Assembly: GCA_014905635.1 (NCBI GenBank)
Contig: JABVCE010000030.1
Coordinates: 1 to 64,000, forward strand
Length of the DNA stretch: 64,000 bases
Source of the DNA: Scenedesmus sp. PABB004
Taxonomy: Eukaryota
Reading direction: 5' to 3'
Under the pieces are notes generated by a model. It was not told the DNA's origin, made no database searches, and was given only the letters and a program-made list of their open reading frames with translations. A program made the translations under genes and the position numbers. Numbering within the stretch: the stretch's first letter is position 1; the number at the start of each line of letters is the position of its first letter. Below are positions 24,450 to 34,834 of this stretch, piece by piece.

Positions 24450-25281
24450 ACACACCCACGCCGCTGAGCGCCGCGCCGCTGACCCGCGGCCCGCGATGAG
24501 GGCGGCGGCGGGGCGGGCGGCGCGGCCGCGCCCGCGGCGGCGCGGCGGGCGCGGCAGCCAGGGCGCGCGCGCGCGGCCCCGCCGGTTGAGGTCGGCGGGG
24601 CCCCGCGCGCGCCCGCGCCCGCCGCGCCGACGCGGCGCGGCGGGCCGCGTGTGTGCTGCTGCTCTGTTGTGCCGCTGGTTGCGTGGCGGGCTGGGCGCGG
24701 GCGGCGCGCGCGGCGCGCGGCGGCGGCGGGCTGCTGCTCCTTGGCAGCGCGCCGCGCGCCGCGCGCGCCGCCCGGAGCGCTGCAGGTGCATTGCGCGGAG
24801 CGCGGAGCGCAGGAGCGTTGTGTGTCGCGCGTGTCGTGGTGGGCGGAGCGTCGTCTCTCTGGCGCGCCGGGGGCCCCTGTGGTCCCCGCGCGCCGCCTCT
24901 TGCTCGGACCTTGGGTGTCCCCTGAATGAAGCCACACAGGGGAGCTCGTTTGCGGCGCGCGGCGGCCGCTGTGTGTTGGTGGTGGTGCTGGTGCCGGTCG
25001 GGGCTCCGGCAGCGGCCGTCGCGCGCCGCGGCGGCGCCCCGGGCGGAGTCGCAGCGCGGAGCGGCTGAGCGGCCTGTGCGAGAAGAGCGAAGGGGGTGCG
25101 GGCTCGCCTCGGCCGCCCGCTGCGCGCACCAGCGGTTGCGCTGGCTGGGTCAGCATTGACTCTCGTAGTGGTAGGGATGCGCAGGGCTGTTCCAGCAGGG
25201 CGTCGGCTCGGCTGCCAGCAGCTCCCCTGGCTGCCTCGCGCGGGTGTGTGGGGCAGATAAAGCCGGGCCGGAGCGCGTGTC

Positions 25282-25286
25282 TGTAA
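25282..25286 (+). terminator. Candidate TGTAA polyadenylation signal for CHLH
   Basis: First TGTAA I found downstream of the CHLH stop, just before the stop of the convergent gene. Confidence 0.5.
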
Positions 25287-25316
25287 CACGCGCGCACAAC
25301 TCGCGGCCTCACCCGC

Positions 25317-28300
25317 TCACCAGCTCACGCGCTGCGGCAGCGCGCTCAGCGCGCCGTCGCCATAGCGCGGCGCGTCCCCCGCGCCCGCGCCGCCGCCTGG
25401 CAGCCTCCCAGCCTTGCCTTTTGGCCCGCACGCGACGGCCACGCCGGCGGCCGCCGCCTCGCTGGCGCCGTGCAGCTTGGGCTCTCCGTTGCCCGCGTCC
25501 GACGCTGGGCCGTGCCCGTTGGCCGCCGGCGGCACTGCCGTGTCAGCGTCCGGCCCTGCTGGCGCTCGGCTGTGCTGCCGCTCCTGCTGCCACTCCTCCT
25601 GCTGCGCCCGCCGCTCCTGCTCCTGCTGCTGCTCCTGCTGCACCTGCAGCTGCTGCCGCCCCCCGCCCGCCTCGTCGCCGTCCGACCACTCGCCGCCCAG
25701 CGCCACCGCGGCCGCGGCCGCATCGCCGTAGCCGCCCGCGCCGCTGCCGGGCCCCAGGCCCAGCTTCGCCAGGCGCGCTGCGAGGCCGCGTGAGAAGCTG
25801 CTGGGCGCGCCGTCGCCGGCGTCACCGGCGTCGTCGCTGCCCGAGTCGTCGTCGGGCAGGGTCAGCGCGTGCGTGCCCCACTCGTCCTCGACCAGCACCG
25901 GCGCGCCGCCGTGCAGCAGCCGTTCCGGCGGCAGCGCGCCCACCACGCGGCGCCCGCGCGGCACGACGACGTGCCGCAGCCCCGCCGCCGCGGCCGCGGC
26001 AGCGGCAGCGCTGTCGCCCGGCGGCGCCGCGGGCGGCGCGTCGTCGGCGGGCACGTGCAGCAGGCCCGACGCAAATGCGGACGCAAACTTGGAGCGCGCG
26101 CGCGCAGCGCGGCCGCACTGCAGGCCGCGCAGGCGGTGCATCTCCTCGACGATGCCTGAGCGCGAGGGAGGGGGCGGGGGCGGCGCGCGGTCAGCGCTCG
26201 CAGCGCAGCGCGCGACCGAGCCCCGCGCGCGCGCAGCCGCGGCCGCCGCCCCCGCGGCGCGGCGCGGCGCACCGCGCGTGGGCAGGCCCTGGCTGCGCGC
26301 CGCGTCGAGCGCCTGGCCGAGCAGGCGGCCGGCGGCGTCGTACTCGCCGGGGCCGAGGCCGATCGCCGCCTGCCCCGCACGCAGCAGGCCCTTCACGCTC
26401 GTGGGGCACCTGGCGGGCGGGCGTGCGGCCGCGGCAGCGCCACGCGCGTCGACGGCGGGGCCGCGCGCTGCCGCCTTGAGCGCTCCCCGTGCGTGTGTGC
26501 GCGTGCGCGCGCGCCGCACTTGTGCAGCAGCTCCTGCGCCGCGTCGGCGGCCGCGCGGAAGCGGCCGAGCTGCAGGAGCGCAGCCGCGGCGTTGCCCAGC
26601 AGCACAAGCTCCGCGTCCCACAGCGCGTCCTGCGCGGCGCAGGGGGCCGCCGGCGCGGCCCGCTCAGCTCGGGCGCGAGGTCGCCAGCCCGCGGGCCGCC
26701 CCCGCCCCCGCCCCCGCCGCCGCCGCACCGACTCGTCCTTGCTCAGCTCCACGTCGCCGTTGGCCAGGCGGTGCTTAAAGCTCGTCCAGCTCAGGTAGCG
26801 CGCCGCCTGGCGGTAGCGCGCCAGCGCCGTGCCAGCGTCGCCCTGCCACGGCAGCGCCGGCGGCACCGCGGTGGCGGAGGCGTGGGGCCCCGGCGCGCAG
26901 CGGTGCGGGGCGGCGGGGTCCAGTGCGCCTGGCGCGCGGCGCACCTGCTTGTACGCGGCGTTGCCCGCGGCGCGCAGCTCGGCCGACACACCGAGCCGGA
27001 ACGCCGCCTCGCGCACGCCCGGCGGCGGCGGGCCCTGGTCCTCGGGCCAGAGCGGCCAGCCGGCTCCGCTGACGAGCGGGAGGGTGCTGAGGTCGGTGCC
27101 GGGTGGCAGCTCCCCCGCGGCCGCGATCACCACTGGCACGGGCGGGCCGTCGCTCGGCGAGCGCGGGCTCGCGCCGCTGCTGGGCGCGACCAGCGCCTCG
27201 ATCTGGCGCGCGCGCGCGCGCGCGTGCGGGCCCGGCGCGCGAGCCTGCTGGGGTGGCCGCCGGCGCGCCCTCGCCGGTGCGCGCCACGGCCTCGGCCTTG
27301 CCCCCTCCCCCCCCCCCCCCTCCACCACCCGCACCTCCTTGACCGCGCCGTAGCCGGCCAGGACCTTGCCGAAGCACGTGTGCTGCCCGTCCAGCGCGGC
27401 CGCGGGCGCGAGCGTGAGCAGGAACTGGCTGCTGTTGCTGTCCTCCAGGCCCAGGTTGGCGCACGCGAGCATGAAGGGGTGGCGGAACCTGGCGCCGCGC
27501 ACACCACACACCGCACCGCGGCGGCGGCTCAGCACGCAGGGTGCGCGCGCGGGAGTGCGTCGCACCGCCTGCGCCGCGCGCTGCGCGTGCTGTGCGCGCG
27601 CGCCTGTAGTTCCTGTCGTCCAGGCCCTCGTCGGGGAAGTGGTCGCCGTGCTGGGCGTGGATGTGCGCGCCGCCTGGCCGGCGCGGCGGCGGCGGCAGCG
27701 CGGGACGCTCAGCCGCGGCAGGCCGGCGCCCGCCCGGCGCGGCACGGGAGCGCCGCGCGCCGGGCTGCGGCGGCGCGGCGCCGCACCGGTGCCGTCGCGG
27801 TTGGCTACGTCGCCGGCCTGCAGCAGCAGGCGGTGCATCACACGCGTGACGGGCGTGCCCGCGTAGCCCAGGCGGCGGCCGCCGAGCTCGACGCCGTGGC
27901 AGAGCGCCAGGAAGTTGTCCACCGCCTGGGGGCGCGGGCAACCGGCCGGCGGCACGCGGGCGTGGGTCGCGCCGCGCGCGGCCGTGCGCAGCCGCCGCGG
28001 AGGGGCTGCACCAGCGTGGCGCACCAGCGGCGCGTGGGGCTGCAGCGTGGTGCCGCACTTGTAGCGGAAGAGCTCCACCACCACGCGCCCGACTGCGCCG
28101 GCGCGGGCGCGGCGCGGGCGCGGCGCGGCAGCAGGTGAGCGGCCACGCGGCGCGCGGCGGCGCGCGGCGGCGCGCGGCGGCGCGGCATCCGCCGGCGGCG
28201 GCTCACCCGGCGCGCCGTCGATGGCGATGTCGAGGAAGGCGAGCGGGTTGGCCTTGTTGGCGGGGAGGCTGTCGGTCACATACTTGGTGGCCCGGCCCTG

Positions 28301-28345
28301 GCGGCAGGGCGGGGAGGCGTGCGTCAGCGCGGCTGGCCGCGCCGC

Positions 28346-28397
<52 letters not shown>

Positions 28398-28905
28398 GGC
28401 GGCGGCGGCGGCTCACCATGGCGCCGGAGGAGCGCGGCGGCGGCGGGGGCGCGGCGGGGTCGTGCCAGCCGCCCGCGACGAGCTGGTCGTGCACGTCCCG
28501 CGCCGCCGCCTGCTCGGCGGCCTTCTTGGTGCGGCCCTCCGCGGTCGCGCTGTACGGCGGCAGGCTGACGCTGCAGCCGTCGGGCCCCCGCACGACGCCG
28601 CCCGACGCCGTGATGCTGGCGACCCAGCGCGGCGTCTTGGGCGCGTGCCCCTCCCCCGGCTGCGTGTCGATGTCCAGCGAGCCCCGCCACTGCCCGCTGT
28701 AGGTCTGGTGCAGCCACTGCAGGAAGCTGGAGGCGCCGCCGCTCGGCCTGTCCACGCCCGGCGCCGGCGGCGGTCGCGCGGCGCCGCTGCTCGGCGGCGC
28801 GGGCGGCGCACCGGTGGCGTCGCCGGGCGGCGCCGTGGGCGCCTCGGGGCCGCCAGAAGCACCGGCATCGCCAGACGGAGCCGCCGGCTCGCCGGAGGCC
28901 TCCAT
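25317..28905 (-). CDS. dsRBD - cyclophilin - TPR fusion protein (CYP40/PPID-like with N-terminal double-stranded RNA-binding domain); multi-exon
   Basis: Exon 1 (28905-28417): ASSFLQWLHQT...GEGHAPKTPRWVASITA...EGRTKKAAEQAAARDVHDQL (dsRBD). A phase-0 GT-AG intron (28416-28298) joins it to GRATKY...NPLAFLDIAIDG..VGRVVVELF..AVDNFLALC..RVMHRLLLQAGD..ANLGLEDSNSSQF..LDGQHTCFGKV (cyclophilin). Then TPRs ELRAAGNAAYKQ|GDAGTALARYRQA, LLGNAAAALLQLG, SVKGLLRAGQA and a CYP40-like end RSKFASAF. Confidence 0.82.
28347..28396 (-). repeat. (CAG)n trinucleotide run inside intron 1 of the dsRBD-CYP gene
   Basis: Uninterrupted GCT repeats on + (CAG on -) between the donor at 28416 and the acceptor at 28298. Confidence 0.85.
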
Positions 28906-29232
28906 GGCGCGCAGCGCGGCGGGCGGGAAGCGGCGCTGCTGCGCTGCTGCGCGCACCGCGTGGCGCCTGGGGCGAGCAGCGGCGCCTGGGACGAGCGGGG
29001 CGGCGTGAGCGCAGTCGCAGGTGAGCCGGGAGGATCGCGGCGGCAGGCGCGCGCCGACAGAACCCACCGAACCGCAGCAAAACGAACGACGCCGCCGCCC
29101 AGCGCGCACAAGAGGCCGGCGCCCCGGCATGCTGCTGACGCGTCCCCACCGCGCCTCCGGTCGGACGACGAGCGCCGCCAGCTGCTGCCGCCCCTGCTCG
29201 CCGGCCCGTCGACAGCAGCGCCGGCGAAAGCA

Positions 29233-29306
29233 GCGGCGTGCGGCGTGCGGCGTGCGGCGTGCGGCGTGCGGCGTGCGGCGTGCGGCGTGCGGCGTGCGGC
29301 GTGCGG
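29233..29306 (+). repeat. Heptamer tandem repeat (GCGGCGT) x about 10
   Basis: Perfect 7-bp repeats ending about 20 nt upstream of the rhomboid ATG. Confidence 0.9.
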
Positions 29307-29326
29307 ACCCGTGCGAAAGCAACGGC

Positions 29327-30892
29327 ATGGACGACGAGGGCGCCGGCCCGGGCACCGACCTGCTGGACGCCCTGCGCTCGCACCTGCCGGCCTCGTGGGC
29401 GTCGGCGACCGGCGCGGCGCGCCAGCTGCGAGACGAGGCGTCCGCGCGCTGGCGCGCGGCGAAGCTGTCGGTCGCTCGCCAGCTGCACGGCAGCCCTACG
29501 CTGCGCCGCGCGGTCTCGATCAAAGACGAGGCGCTGGCGCACCTGAAGTGGAGCCGGCGCTCGCTCAGCGCGGACACGCGCGTCCCGCTGCCTGTGGAGT
29601 GGGACTCGCGCGCCTTGGTCGCGGCCCTGGAGCTGGCGCGCGTGCTGCGCGACCACGCGCGAGCCTCGGACGGCGGCGTCGCGCTGCCGCCGGTGACCGC
29701 CGCCGCGTGTGTGGCTGAGCTGCTCGTCTTCTTCAAGCCCGGCGGCGTGCCGCTGAGGGACGTCAGTCTGAGCCCATACGCCGTCATCGACAAGGGCCAG
29801 TGGTACAGGTGCGGCGCAGGCCCCCAACGGCAATCAGCTGGCTGAGGAGGGGCCGCGCCGGCCCCGCGCCGCTCACGCACTCGCGCCGCGCCGCGCCGCG
29901 CCGCGCCCCGCCGCCCCCGCCAGGCTGGGCAGCGCGGCGCTGGTGCATGTCGACGCGACGCACCTCGTCAGCAACCTCACCTCGCTGCTGCCCGACGCGG
30001 TCTCGCTGGAGGAGAGCCGCGGCAGCGCGGCGCTCGCGGCGGACCTGGTGCTGCTCACCTTCCTCAGCTCCTCGCTGTATGTGGCGTGGGCGCTTGTGGC
30101 CAAGGTCGCGTTTGTGCGGCGGTCGACCTACTTCAGCGCCGTCACGGTCGGCGCGAGCGGGCTCGCATTTGCGCTCAAGGTCTGGGCCGGCGCGCAGCGC
30201 CGCGAGGCGACCGTGCGCCTCTTCGGCGTGCCCTGCCCCGCCGTGTTTGCGTGGCTGCCCACGCTCGCGCTGACTTCCCTGTGCGTGCCCGAGAGTTCCT
30301 TCCCGGCCCACATCGCCGGCGTCGTCGCGGGCCTCCTGCGCACCTACGCGATCGAGCCACGTGCGCAGCGCGGCGCAGCGCGGCAGCATGGACCGCATCA
30401 GCGCTGCCCCGCCCCCCTGCTGACCCGCCTCCCCGCGCCGCCCTCGCCGCACCAGTGTTTGTGGGCGTGCGGCGCGGCTGGTCGCGCAGCAGGCGGCGGG
30501 CCAGCAGCGGCGGGCGGCTGGGCGGGGGCGAGCAGCTGCAGCAGCTTGCGCGGCGCAGCGGCGGCGGCGCCCGCGGCGGCGGGCAGCTGCAGGACGAGCA
30601 GCTGGGCGACTGGCGGGCGCTGCACCGAGAGCGCTGGCTGCAGCAGCAGTCGGGCGGCGGCGCAGCGGCTGGCAGCTCGCGCGCCGCCAGCAGCAGCGGC
30701 GGCGGCAGCCCGCCGTCGGCTGGCGGCAGCGGCGGCGACGCGGCGTCGCTGCAGCGGCTGGCGCTGGAGGCGGGGCTACAGCTGTGCTTTGTTGCGACCG
30801 CGGTGGGGGCCTACGTGTTGATGACGCGCGGCACAAAGCCCAGCAGCATGCCCGGCAGCGGTAGCTTGCGCCCCACGGCCTGGTGGCGCTAA
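29327..30892 (+). CDS. Rhomboid-family intramembrane serine protease (RHBDL4/RBL14-like); 3 exons
   Basis: LPPVT...LSPYAVIDKGQWYR|LGSAALVHVDATHLVSNLTSL..LEESRGS; catalytic GASG (Ser) and SFPAHIAG (His); several hydrophobic helices. Confidence 0.85.
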
Positions 30893-30974
30893 CGAGGCAA
30901 CTCGAGCGGCGGCGGTGACTGAAGCTCCGCCGGTTGCTTGCCGCGTTGCCAGGCTTGGCCGGCCCCGCGCGCGC

Positions 30975-33324
30975 TCACACGCCGCCAAACGCGGCGACCA
31001 GCAGCGACGCCGTGCCGGTCGCGTTCCGCTGCGGGAAGCTCGCGTCCCCGGGGACGACGACCAGGCTGGCGTTGGCCGACAGCGTCGCCGCGTACGCCAG
31101 CGCCTGCTTTGCGTGCCACGCGCCGCCGCCGCCCGCCACGCGCTCGGCGCAGCCCGGCTGCGTGATGTCGCAGCCCGCGTCCGCCACGCTCGCCGCCGAC
31201 GGTGCGACCAGCACGGGGAGCGGCCCAAAATGTGGCCAGCCGGTGCCGAACCTGTGGCGGGCGGGCGGCGCGGGGTGGCTGGGCGGCCGGCCGTGTTGAG
31301 GGCCCAGGGCCCGGCCGCGCAGCCGGCGCGCGGGCGGCGTCGCGCACCAGAACGCCTCCCCGCCTGGCGCCGCGAGCACGAGCTGCTCGTCCACGCTGTC
31401 CGGCCACGCCGCGGCGGCGGACGCGAGCTCGCCCCAGGCGCCCTGCCACGCCTTGGGCCCGCCGTAGAGCGCCGCCACGAGCGCCGCGTGCGGGCTGGCG
31501 CTGCCGCGGCTGCGCGCAAGGCTGGCAAAGCGCTGCGCGCCGAGCGGGCTCGCGGCGCGCCAGACGTCGGCGGCCGCGAGCTGCAGCCCGCGCCAGCCCC
31601 AGCGGAACTCGTAGCGCGATGTGCCCCAGATGTCGGTCCTGTTGGCCACCACGCCCAGCGCGAGGTGGCGCGCCGTCGCCGAGTAGCTGTCCAGCAGCGC
31701 GACGCCCGCGACGTCCTCGCGCCGCGCCGCGGCAAACTGCAGCGCCAGCTGCCCGCCCGTGCCATGACCGACCAGGACGAACGGCCCCGCCTCGCCGCCG
31801 GCCGCGAGGAGCGCCGCCAGCGTCGCGGGCGGCTGCGGCGGGCGGGCGCGGCGCGCGCGCGTCAGCCGCGCGCCGGGGCGCCGGGGCGACGCGCACGGCC
31901 GGGCGCAGCGGCGCCGCGCGCCGCGCCCCCTGCTGTCCGCGCACCCTGCTGAGGTGGCCGGGCATGATCCAGTCGTCGCTCCAGCCCAGGCCGAGCCGGT
32001 CGTACGTGCAGGAGCGGCGCCCCGCCGCCGTGAGCGCGTCCTGCAGGTCAAACAGCGTCGCGCCGGGCGCGCCCGCGCCAGCCTCCAGCACAAACGTGGC
32101 CGCGAGCGGCGACGCGGGCGGGCCGACGCAGCGCAGGAACAGGGTCGCATTGTCTGCGGGGCGGCGGCGCCGGCCCGTCCGCGCGTGAGCGGCGCGGAGC
32201 GCGTGCACGCACGTGCGGCCGCCCCGGACCGCCGGCGCCGCTGCCGCCAGGCGCGCGCGCGGCGGCGCTCACAGGGCGTCTGCTCGATCGGCAGCACATA
32301 CTGCTGGCCGCCCAGCGCGCGGGGCTCAAAGCGCAGGTGGTCCGCAGCGCTCCAGGCGGCCTGCAGCGCGAGCAGGCCTGCGAGCGCCGCCGCCACCGGC
32401 ACGCTGGCCCAGCCCGCCGCGCGCAGTGCAGCGTCGCGCCGCGCCCTGCGCCGGAGGCGGCGCGCCGCGTCAGCCGGCAGCGTGTCGGAGCGAGCGCGCA
32501 GGCAGCGCAGCGCGCGGCCGCCGCCTCCACCTCGCGCGCCGCATGTTGAGCTGCCGCGCCAGGCAGCTCCGGCCAAGCCACCTGCGCACGCGGCCAGGCG
32601 GCCGCTGCGGCGGCGGCAGCTCCGAGCCCCCGCACGACGACGTGCCGCGCGAAGACCCAGGCGGCCCCAGCTCGGCGTCCACGTGCACCGTCGGCTTGGA
32701 CGGCGGCGCCGCCTCGCCCGCGGCCGCAGCGCCGCCTGCCCCCGCCGCCGCCGCCGCCGCCACCGCCGCCGCCGCTGGCAGAGGCGCCCCTGCCTTGCCT
32801 CGCAGCGCCCGGAGCCGCGCCGCCGCGCGGTGCAGGCTCGAGAACGTGGCGAGGAACGCGAGGGGCGGGCCCCACGCCAGCGCCCACCACCCCGTCTCGC
32901 TGACGCAGCCGCGCGCGCAGGGGCTCGGCACCGCCGCGTGCGCCACGACCAGCACCGCCGCCGCGCCGCCCATCCACGCCGCGTGCGCCTGCCACAGCGC
33001 GGCGCGCCAGCCCGCGCTGAGGCCGGGGTGGCGGTAGACGCTGAAGCTCTGCCCCGCCAGCACCACGCCCAGCAGGCAGATCCAGGCGGCCCCAAACTGC
33101 GCGGGAGCGCGAGGGCGCGTCGAACGCAGCCGCGCACGCGCGCTGCCGGGCCGCCGCGCTGCCTGGCCGGCGCGCACCGTGTTGCCCCACCATCCGGTGC
33201 GCGCAAAGGCGTGGACGAGCGCCGCCACGAAGCCACCGGTGCAGGCGCAGGCAGTGATAAAGTTGGCCCCCTCGCAGGCCTTGGCCAGCCACCCGCCGCC
33301 AGCAGCGCGCGGCGCGGCCGCCAT
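30975..33324 (-). CDS. Membrane-anchored alpha/beta-hydrolase-fold protein, probably catalytically inactive; multi-exon
   Basis: N-terminal hydrophobic helices, then LFLRCVG..FVLEAGAGAPG..CTYDRLGLGWSD..GPFVLVGHGTGGQLALQFAAARREDVAGVALLDS. The fold motifs are clear, but the nucleophile elbow reads GHGTGG. Confidence 0.7.
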
Positions 33325-33764
33325 GCCGGCCGCGGTGCTGCTCAGGCTCGGGCGCGGCCGCTGTTGCCAGCCAGGAGTGCTCGCCAGCGGGCCCAGCCCC
33401 TCGGCGTGGGCAGCCGCACCACCACCAGCCCGCGGCGGCGAGTCTGTTACTGCAGGAAGCTCCAGCACGCTGGCGAGCCGCCGCACGCTCGGGTGTGAGT
33501 TGAGGGATGCTAATTACGTGCTGGGCCAGCTCAGCGCCGGCACAGCGGGCGCGGTCGGCGGCGGCGGCCGGGCGGCCGGGCGGCCGGCGGCGGCGCAGGG
33601 CTGAGCGCGACTGACGGTGCGAGACTGCGCTGCGGGGCCTCCCGCTCTGGACGCACCACCACAACGCTCGTGGCGCCAGCGCACGCAGGCGCGGAGGAGC
33701 GGCAGCAGCAGCAGCGCGCACTGAGCGCAGCCGCGCCTGCCGCCTGCGGCCTGCGCCGGCACCC

Positions 33765-34758
33765 ATGGCGGCCGCCCGGGCGGTGGCGATGCAGGCATCG
33801 GGGCCGGGCCGGCGGCCGCACGTCGGCGGCGGCGCGCGCGGCGGGGGCCGGCGGCCAGCAGCAGCGCCGGCGGCGCCGGCGGCGGCGGCGGCGCTGCGGC
33901 GCCGCCGCGTGCGCCCCGCGGCGGCAGCCGAGCCCCGCACCGCCGCGCCCTCGGTCATAGCCTCCCGCTACGGCGACCTCATATGGGCGTCGTGCGTGAG
34001 CGCCAAGCCGGCGGTCGCGCCGGCGGTCGCAGAGGCGGCGGGCGCGATCTTTGCGCAGCAGGCCGCCGTCGCGGCGGCCAGCGACGCCGGCGGTGCCGCC
34101 TTTGAGCCCGACCTGGCGCTGGTGTTTGCGTCGTGCAACTACGGCAGCCAGCTGCCGGACGTCGTCGCGGCGGTCCGGCGCGCGGCGCCGTCGGTGCGGC
34201 GCATCTTCGGCTGCTCGGTGCGGCGCCGCCGCGCCGCCACGCGCAGCGCGCGCCGCCGCTGCACCTGCGGCGCGCCGCCGCCGGCGCGCCTGAGGCGCGC
34301 GCGCCCGCCGGCCCTGCGCGGCGGCCCGCAGGCGTTTGGCGTGCTCGGCAGCAGCCTGGACGGCGCGCGCGAGGTGGAGGGCGAGCCGGGCATCAGCCTC
34401 ACGCTCGCGGCGCTGCCGGGGTGCGAGGTGTCGGTCATGCACACGCTGCGCAGCAGCATACCCAGCGAAGGTGCGGCCGCGGCAGGCGCCGGCGGGGCGC
34501 GCGCTCCGCCGGCCGAGCCCCGGCGCTCAGGGCTGCCCGGGCGCGCGCGCCTTGTGCGCAGACGCCTCGCCCGAGGCGTGGGCGGACCTGGTGGGCCTGT
34601 CGCCGCTGGAGGAGCTGCAGCCGACTCGCCCGCCGTCGGGCGGCGCGGACGAGGCCGACGACGAGGAGGCCGCGGCTGGCGCGGGCGAGCAGCCGGTCGC
34701 CGGCGGCGACAGCAGCAGCAGCAGCCGCAGCAGCAGCGGCGGCGGTCACAGCGGCATT

Positions 34759-34834
<76 letters not shown>

